Below the pieces are notes generated by a model. The model saw only the letters and a program-made list of their open reading frames with translations. It was not told the origin of the DNA and searched no databases. A DNA stretch of 64,000 nucleotides from Zancudomyces culisetae HAW-14-8 (Eukaryota; Fungi; Kickxellomycota). Positions within the stretch are counted from its first letter, which is position 1, and each line of letters opens with the position of its first letter. The DNA lies in contig JBNJNM010000007.1 of NCBI GenBank assembly GCA_052426225.1, positions 372,001-436,000 on the forward strand, written 5' to 3'. The translations under genes were made by a program, and so were the position numbers. Positions 22,786 to 31,939 of the stretch are shown piece after piece.

Positions 22786-23274
22786 TGTCGTATTAATATC
22801 TTTTATTAATAGACTAAAAATTTATTATTGATAATATTAATATTTTATATTTTATATTTTTATTATTATTGTTATATATGTTATTAAGTAAAAAATATAA
22901 TAAAATTGTTGTTTTTTTTCTCTGACGAGAATTTGAACGTCTTTTATACTTTTAGAAACGCTAAATAAACTTATAAATAAACTAAATTAATATTACTATA
23001 AATTAATAAAGATAGCCTAATTCATATGAAAACATAAAACATTGTTATAATTGATGTGAGTTGTAATGACTCACGAAAGTTGAACTAGATCGATTTACAT
23101 TCACAGTGATGTCATTAGATTTACATTCACAGTGACGTCAACTGATTTACGTTCACTGTGATGTAATAAGATGACATCATTGTGAATTTGATTGTCGTAA
23201 AATTACTATCGGAATTTACAATCAAAAAAACCCAGTGGGAAAAAGGATTATAAATCTTCAGTAATTTCACGACA
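22786..23274 (-). mobile_element. Solo LTR S4 (489 bp), tRNA-proximal
   Basis: TGTCGTAT...TTCACGACA with a perfect 4-bp TSD ATAC (22782-22785 / 23275-23278). Confidence 0.88.
23092..23168. repeat. 26-bp tandem repeat x3 in S4
   Basis: GATTTACATTCACAGTGA(T/C)GTCA units; contains TGACGTCA. Confidence 0.85.
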
Positions 23275-23280
23275 ATACAT

Positions 23281-23353
23281 GGGGGACTAGCTCAAATGGT
23301 AGAGCGCTCGCTTAGCATGCGAGAGGTACGGGGATCGATACCCCGGTTCTCCA
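23281..23353 (+). tRNA. tRNA-Ala(AGC)
   Basis: 73 nt. Acceptor stem GGGGGAC/GTTCTCC with the G3:U70 Ala identity pair; anticodon loop TTAGCAT; GATCGA T-loop typical of eukaryotic Ala tRNA. Confidence 0.97.
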
Positions 23354-23355
23354 CT

Positions 23356-23428
23356 GCCCGGCTAGCTCAATCGGTAGAGCGTGAGACTCTTAATCTCAAG
23401 GTTGCGGGTTCGACCCCCGCGTTGGGCT
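23356..23428 (+). tRNA. tRNA-Lys(CTT)
   Basis: 73 nt. Acceptor stem GCCCGGC/GTTGGGC; anticodon loop CTCTTAA; GGTTCGA B-box. Confidence 0.97.
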
Positions 23429-23432
23429 GTTA

Positions 23433-23441
23433 TTTTTTTTT
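23433..23441 (+). terminator. Pol III oligo-T terminator
   Basis: T9 run 4 nt after tRNA-Lys; there is none after tRNA-Ala. Confidence 0.85.
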
Positions 23442-24612
23442 CATTGTAGTATAATGGCTACATACTTTTTTAGCGAATCAATTGTGATTCCTTAGTAGAA
23501 GATAACTACAATGATAGTTAGCAGAATATATAGTAAAAATGATTTAAGATAGTAAAGCGAATAACAAACCGAATATAACGAGAGCGGACAACGAAAATAG
23601 CATTTTTAGCCTTTCTAACAAGAATATACTTTACATATACGTTTTTATATACTTATTAGCAAATAGCTCTTGATACTGTATAGTATACTTTGTGTTTTAT
23701 TATTATTATAACAATTATAAAAGATCTTTAAAACATTCATATTACGGCAATCAGAACCAGTGAAGTGATCTGCGACCTGAGTATAACTGACATAATCAGT
23801 GCTATACTAAACTCAGCTATCACATAAGCTGAAAAATATATCATATATATAATATCATCTACATTATTACAGTATAGCGCTGATTATGTTAGTTTTACTC
23901 AGGTCTTGGATCACTTAACTAGTTCAGTATGCCGTAGTAAGAATGTTCAATATCTTTTATTATTGTTATAATAATTAATTATCAACAAGTATAATAAAAT
24001 AATTACTAATGTATTAAATTTACCAATAAACAAATATGTAAATTACATTCAGTTAAGAAATGCTAGGGGTATCACTTTTCGCTGTCTATTGTTCTTTATA
24101 TCTGCACTTGCTCTGCTATTTACTTTACTTTCCTAGATCGCTTTTTACTATTGATTCTGCGTGCCCTCGTTGGTAGTTTTATCCTATTATAGATTCGGAA
24201 TTGAGTTGTTAGCAAAAATTATGTAGCTGTTATACTGCAATGGCACTGATTTTGTCAGTTATACGCAGCTCTCGGTTCACTTATCGATTTTTGATTGCCG
24301 TTATTAAATGTATTAACTTTGTTTATTATTGATATTATAATATCAAACACCAAGTAAATATACTAAATACTTAGGATTATAGAGATCACTATGAAGTTTA
24401 TAAAAACGAATATTGAAAGTATACTCGGTTAAGAAAGGCTTTTAAATACTATTTCTATTTTTTCTTTCTTTTATATTTCCTGACATTAAGTCCTTCCACT
24501 TTATTTTATAGTTATTCTCTACTTCTGCTTCCTCTTACACTGATTTGTAGTTGTACTCTACTATGAATTGTGATTGATTCGACCTCTATTGGAGAGTGGC
24601 CATTAAACTTTA
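23441..24612. repeat. ~366-bp unit in three diverged copies: A 23441-23808, inverted B 23871-24243, C ~24243-24612 tandem to B
   Basis: For example CCTGAGTATAACTGACATAATCAGTGCTATACT in A matches the reverse complement of AGTATAGCGCTGATTATGTTAGTTTTACTCAGG in B and GCACTGATTTTGTCAGTTATACGCAG in C. Confidence 0.85.
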
Positions 24613-25359
24613 GATGTTAATTCACTCGAATATACTTCCTAGCCAAGATAATGATTATTTTTTATTTCAGTATTAATTTGTCTGTTTCATTTTTTATAGT
24701 AATCGTTTACACCAGGTGTATAATCAACAGCATATTAGAATTAACAAAATAATATACAATCTGTGATATATTAATGCATTAAATAAGATCGCTTTAAGAT
24801 TTAAAGAAGAGGTGACATCATTAATTGGGAGAATGACCTGCTCAGATGCCATATACATCTTTACATTTATTCATATTGAAATTTTTGGTTACTTGTTAAC
24901 ACTCTATTTACCTTTATTTAATTTTAATACAACATAAATCTGGAGATAAATTATTTAATGTAAAATAGAATATCAAGCGATTGGTGACATATCTAGATTA
25001 AACAGTAGTAGATATATTTCTAACCTACTTTCCCTTTGGCTTAAACCGTGTCACTTTTAACAATATTTAAATTAGCATCTATTGCAGATATTCTTTTAAT
25101 TATCAACTATTTGATGAAAAAAATTTTGCATACTAACCAAGTTATTGTTTGGATGATATGAAATTTTTTTATCTACAGATTTTAATCAGTATCATGAAAT
25201 AATTTCCCGCATTGTTGTTGATTCATATTATCCTTTTTCAACCAAGATATACTTCACTATTTCTGCGAAAGCTTTAGTTGAAATTTCTTTCGCCAAATAG
25301 TAGCGAATTTTGTTAATAATATTGAATATTTTTTAACGCGACCTGGAAAAAAGTGTAAA

Positions 25360-26043
25360 ATGTTTTCTGGAATCACAAGGGCGATCAGCAAAGCGAATTT
25401 TTATTCCACACTAAGCAAATCTCAATTCCATTCTGCGCGAATTCTTCCTAATGTTATCAATAAGAATGGCAGTGGAGAGGGATCCGATTTTGAACAAAAA
25501 GTACTAGACAAAGCATTTTCAAGCGGCAACCAATTATCCAAACAAGGGCAAAATCAAGCTACCTCTACAAAAGTAGGTGGTACTATCCCTTTTACTCAGA
25601 ATTTCAATACTAATAGGGCAACTTTGTCATCACAATCCTCATCATCGTTTAGTTCTAGAAGAATGGAAGCAGTAGCACCACAGGCAACACTCGATAGCAA
25701 GCTGGCAAAAGATGAGAACCGACGCGTTGTAAATGTTATTGGTCAAAATGTGGTTGGTGGTTACAGAAGATTACAGGGATTGTTGAGGCAAAATAACGTA
25801 CGGCAAATGCTGCGTATGAGGCAGCGTTATGAAAAGCCTTACCAAAAGAGGCAGCGCAAGGCCAAAATGGCAAACTCATATAGAGTTAAACAGGAGGTCG
25901 ATAATAAGGTCAAGCTTGTTATGAAGATGCATAAGTGGTAAGCTTTTTTTTCATTTATGTTTTTGATTCACTATTTATTTCCTTGTAAAAATAACTGTAT
26001 TTCTACATTTTGTAATTATTTCACTTAAATTAGGGGATTCTAA
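25360..26043 (+). CDS. Mitochondrial ribosomal protein bS21m (MRP21-like)
   Basis: Presequence-like N-terminus; S21 motif RQRYEKPYQKRQRK. Predicted intron 25938-26033 (GTAAGC...TAG) gives the C-terminus KWGF*. Confidence 0.8.
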
Positions 26044-26263
26044 ATGGATTTTGAAGGGCCTTTTACTGTTTCAGATCGACATTGAACATTTGTTGGGGTT
26101 TTGTTGAATAATAGTATCGTACATTTATATCTTTTTTTCTTTTGTAGATTTTTATTTCTAAATAAATAACCATTAATTTATATGCTCGTCATTAATACAG
26201 GTGCATAATATGTTGATATATAGAGAAAGTGGTATTGTATATAACCAACATACTGAAAGAATT

Positions 26264-29200
26264 CTAGTCCCTATTTACAATTTGAAATAGATATTTGGAA
26301 ATAGCAAAATAAACAACAAACACAACTACAAAATTAAAAGCAGAGGAAAACAATGTCTGGTAACTAGTGGCAATAGGTGTTGTCGCATCAAAATAGTTGT
26401 AAAGAGGAGAAAATACCAATAGCGATGAGTTCGTGTTGCTTGTTAAAAAGATGAACTGGCAAACCAATAGCTCCAGCCAATATTTACCGACTTTAGTCAA
26501 AATTATTGAATAGTAAAAGTATAAAGGTGTTTGTGAATTGGATGTGTCTAAGGCTTTTTCCTCTTTTGACTGTTTCCGAACAGGCGATATATTAAATAAG
26601 CCAATGCGAACCGAGTAGAGAAGTGATACTAGAAAGGTAGTGTTGAATAGTAATTTAACCGTGGAAATATCATTTCCACCTCTATTATCTTTAGCTAGGT
26701 TAATTTTGAGCAGTGTTGAATAGCAGTAAAAGCAGTAATAAAGTAAGAGTATTACACCCGAAACAAGTACAACTAGCTTTAACACTAGACCTCCAAGGCC
26801 GGTTGGCGAGGCTAATAGTTTATAACCCATATTCGAACTATTTTTTATGTTCTCAAAGCTGGGTATATCACTATCATTTGAAGTGCTGTTTTCGAAGCCT
26901 CCAGAGTTGTTCGAGAATCCCAAATATGTGTATAGACTAAAAGCCAAAAGAATACCTAAACATCCAACCGTAGAATCTACCACGAGCGAGTAATACCAGA
27001 ATATGTTGTTTTGGAGCAACTTACTAATTATTGGAATAATTAAAAGCAGACCCAGCCAAATAATTATTATACAAGTAAAGATTCGGCTAAATACGGGGTA
27101 AGCGCGCCTGGATAACAATTTTGTAGTAATACATGAGCAGAAAATAATCATAGAATGTGATACTGAATAGTAAATAAGATTTGGTAGGCTGAGATCAAAA
27201 TCCAAAATAACCAGCATTACCACTGTGGCAAGGTTATAGCGAAAAAGTTGAGATTTAAGTAGTGTTGATATTGGAGTTGGTGATGCCGCGGGATTTAAAA
27301 CATTTCCAGAGTTATTGTACATGTAATTGTTCAGAGAATAGGAAAGGAAACGAGTGGTTACGTCGAACGCTGTTAGAAAAATCAAGCACGAGTTTAAAAA
27401 CAGTTCGATAAATGATATGCTATTTATTGGCTTGGCAGAAGTGTAGTTTTGGATGATAAGAATCAGCGTTACCCAACCCCTCCACTCAGAGATTAATGTG
27501 GAATTCAAAATTAACCTATATTTTAAGGGTATTGTAGTTTGTTTTCTCAACTTTTCATTGTGGTTATGGATTTGATGATGTATAGAGGTGTGTTGAATAT
27601 CATAATGTGTATCAGCCATGTTATACATTTGACTATCACTGTATTTGCCTGCTGGTTTCGCAAGTTTGCACCGGGTTGACACACACATTAGAGAAACCAG
27701 AAGCATTATCAACAAAAGTGTATATTTTAGCTGTGGATAGTTTGTCCTAGATATTTTATCAAACAATGGCGACTTTTCATTTGCAATACCCAAAGCAATG
27801 ATAGCTCCAAGTAGATATACTCTGATTAAAAACGATCTCCTTGTTTTACCCCGTCGAGCCCTTTGAAAATGCATTGAAAAGAGTGAGCGATAGGTACTTG
27901 AGTATCTGTTGACAAAATCAGCCAGATGGGAGTTCCTTCTACCCCGTTTTGTTAGTATCTTTTCGATTTTCAACAGAAATAAGAGTATCGGAATCAGTAC
28001 TATCAGTGAAAAAAATACCATCCATACTAATACACCAGGTGGTGAAGAGTGATAATTTGTGCAACAGTATGACACGCTACTGCTGTTACTACCAACGACA
28101 TTCTCGTTGCCCTTGCGTGTATCTCCTGTACTTTCCAACCCGTTCATCTTGTTACACATTCGGTTATGAATAAGTTCCACCATTTTGTTTGTAATATCTT
28201 TTGAATAACTAATTCCATCTGTGGAATGTCCAGGTCTATGTTTGAGCATTTTACTCCAACTAGTTGGGAAAATGATGCTTGATTTATGAATTTTGATTAG
28301 TCTTTCTATATGCTGGTTCATCCAGTTTACACCATATTCGTAATCTTCCTTGTAGTGTTGATACTTAGCGCCCTCGAGTTTCTCCACAACTATTGGTGGA
28401 ATTGGTGATATATACACATGTTGGTTTACATTTACTATGCTCGAAACAATGCTTTTGATGCTTTTTTCCATCCAGTGCTCCAGTGATGCGCTATTTTTTG
28501 TTTTTCCATCATTATCATTATCATTATCGTCATTGTTTTTGTTGTTTCCCTCATCTATGTTATCAGTCGAAAGTAACATTTTTTGGCCACCTCCCAAAAC
28601 CAAAAGACTTGGTACATCTAAATACGTATTTCCATTTGAGTCTGTCCACTTTATTTTTATATCATTAGCATTAACCGGATCAATATTTGAATTCGCCTGT
28701 ACACCTCTCCTACGGTCCTCAATTAAAGAAGCTTGATTTTTATACGAATCCAAAATTATTTGCAAGTCTCTGCCATTGAGAAATTCATCCATGAAATATA
28801 CGATAGATATTCGCTTATCTACCAGCTCGTATCTTTGCCCATTTTGAAAATCCGACACTACAACTCCACTTTTGTCTTTATTGTCTATCAACCCAATCGA
28901 ATTTACAAAGGAGTCAAACTTATCCTTGATATGATTGTCACCAAGAAACACAATCACCTGGTCTCTATAACAATGAGCTATTTGTTGTTTTGTATTTTCG
29001 TTTTGGTGAGGATAATTTATGTCGCCATCGTGGTAGTACGATTTTAGAATACAACCCTTTGGTTGCCATACAAGGTCCGAATTGTTGATCCACCAACCGT
29101 CGTTTACTAGCGCTTTGCATCGATTGTACGTTTCTTCATCTAAAATTTTTAAATATATTTTTTATAAAAAGAGTTAAAGATTGTCTAGTATAACAAGGCT

Positions 29201-29402
29201 AGTCTTCCAATTCTTGGTAATAAGAATAAAAGTGGAGAAAAAAAAAGTCATAAAGATGATAAAAACATCTTGAAAATACCACAAACTTGCCTGCAGAAAA
29301 TTTAGCCAGAGTTACAAAGTATACCAGAGTAAGAATCAGAGCAGAAACTGTTTCCAGCAGGTATTTGTTTTTTGTAACAAATTTTTTGTAAAAGTTTATC
29401 AT
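26264..29402 (-). CDS. CAS1/CASD1-like multi-pass O-acetyltransferase
   Basis: RCKALVNDGWW..WQPKGC, FLGD, NRMCN, CCTNY and EWRGW motifs plus many TM segments. Exon 1 29402-29291, intron 29290-29140. Confidence 0.8.
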
Positions 29403-29838
29403 TTATCGTATGAGTCAAGTACCAAAAGGTCGAAAAAACATGTGTGTTTTGATTTATATTTACAAGTTTTAACAATAATTGAATATACTTCAGTTAATAA
29501 CCAATTTGCAGTATATAAACTTTGTTCTTTTTCTTTTTCTTTTTCTATTTTTATAAAGTTTTTGCGTTGCCAGGAAAAATAAAACGGTTAAATTTGTTCT
29601 CATTTGTCGTTTCCAACAATTGGATCTGAATTTGGCTCACAGCCCATTTTAATTAGCTGAGATTTAAAACTTATTCTATACAAGAAATATAGTAACAGAG
29701 TTTTAGAGTATTCAAAAGCAGCACAGCAGAATAACTACACATTATTGAAATTCGGTGAGTGCCTTTAGTCTTTACACTTCAATGAAATAAAAGTTTAATT
29801 ATAAAAGAATGTAAAATAAAAGAAAATATAAAACCGCT

Positions 29839-31246
29839 TTACAATAATATATAACACCATAAAAACTGCAAAACAGATAAAACAAATAGAAAATGCACCC
29901 TTCTCTTCCTATGAAGGTTGGTTCCGGTGTGCTGAGAAGAATCAGGAATAACTGCATCACGTAGTGAACGAATCTATTTTTATTGTTTATCAACTCATAC
30001 AATTAAAGTATACACTTCATTTACGTCAAGTCAGCTTCCAATGTGCACAACCTATTCCAAAAACTTTTAAAGAGAGTGAAAACTTACCACAAAAAACGAA
30101 AATGACAGAGTGTTATAGAAAAACAATGCGTAAATCAACTTGGTGTTGTTTGTAAGTTTGGCCAAGACTGGTCCAATGATTCTAATATAGTAATTATACC
30201 GCGATTAATATCAATATTCATTCCAAGTAATTGGACTACCCAACTACCATTGTGGAAGAGTATACTGAATACTAAAAACAAATAAATAAATAAAATAAAT
30301 AAAAAAGCAAGTAAAACAACAGGATGGACTTACAATACAAATTTATATCCGCTTAAGGCAACCATGTCCAAAAAGATCAGTTCAGACCCAATGCTCAACA
30401 AATAACACACCAGTTTCATCACCAACACCTCAAATACAACTATTGTCAATGCCTTACTACTTGTATATCCTAGATTTTCGGGGTGAAATTCACCCTTTGA
30501 CCCGTAAACCAAACCTACACACGTCACATAGGTAATAAACCCCATTAAAGGAATATAAAGATCAAACGCATTTTCGTCGTCGCGTGGTGCTTTGTATCCT
30601 ACAGGTTGTCCGCTGGTATCTCGTTCACAGATTCTGTACCATCTCTAATATTTTATTTATCGATTTTGTTACCAATTGTTTACATTTTACTTGATGTATG
30701 TATGAATACCTTTTTTTTTTAAAAAAAAAAAGAAAATACTAATAGTAGAATGTGAATTGCCACTTACTTTTTTTGTCCAAGGAAAGAACAGGCTTTGTAG
30801 TTTCATCAAAACAAATGAATTTGTAACATTAAAGTAATGCTTTAACAAACTGAAATTGATAAATCTATTCACCTAAATCGTAGAAAAAAAAACAATCTTT
30901 ACAATGAAGTTTACAATTATCCATATAGCATAATATATGTTGAAGGAATAAAGACAAAAGTAGAGATGGTGAGAATTGCTTACATTTTTTTCGACATTTT
31001 CAGTCATTGCGGACATGGCATTTCCAGCAAACTGGAAACCCAATTGAGCAGTAGGATTGCTTTCTAGATTTGAAAAGCCAAAGATTTCATAAGGATTAGG
31101 ATGTTGCTGTTGCTGTTGTTGCTGCTGTTGTTGTTGTTGTTGTTGGGGATAATAGTTGGGATTGAATTGTTGATTCGAGGCTTGAGCATATTGTTGGTGC
31201 TGTTGTTGTTGGATAAATTGCTGTTGTTGTTGCTGCTGAGGATTTG

Positions 31247-31277
<31 letters not shown>

Positions 31278-31298
31278 GGTATGTTGATAAAACGACAT
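29839..31298 (-). CDS. YIF1: Yif1 ER-Golgi membrane protein (multi-exon, polyQ N-terminus)
   Basis: LKHYFNV..LFFPW, PRDDENAFDLYIPLMGFITY, FHPENLG and SGYKF motifs; last exon IRSLR...; GT-AG introns. Confidence 0.9.
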
Positions 31299-31939
31299 TT
31301 TTTCTTTTTTGGCTTTGTGTATGCTATGTGTACATTAAATGTCCGCTTCACTATACTCGTACTCAATATTATGTTGCTTTATTACACAAAGTGGGCATAT
31401 TTTAAGGACTTTTATTTTTTTTTGTAATTTTTGTATTTTGTTTTATTTTTTTGTTGGATTATCCAAATGGAGAATTGCGAATGGACAATTAATTCTGTAA
31501 TCCAATTTCTTTTGTGAACATAATAATTACTCCTTCCACAACTCGAAAATAAATATGACTATTACCAAACTTGATGTTTAAAGAATATAAAAACGTACAC
31601 TAATGAAGGGGTGTATAGTAAAATAATGATAAGCCTGTTTAGCTGCTATTTCACACCACAACTTTTCCTGTTTCAATATTAAGAGAATCAAGCCCGGTAG
31701 TTTTTTTACCTTGCAATTGTCTTAGAACATACTGTACCTTAATCACCAATACTTGTACTTTGGTAATAGTCAATACTCCAATTACACCAGCCTATATACA
31801 AAATTGATGTATTGAAAAAGAAAACCTAAGAAGCTGAATTTTTAAGCGCAAAGTAACACAGATTAGAGCTGAGTATAGTTATACAATATACCAAAAATGA
31901 CAACAAGAAGGGAAAAAATTCTATAAACATGATAAACAG

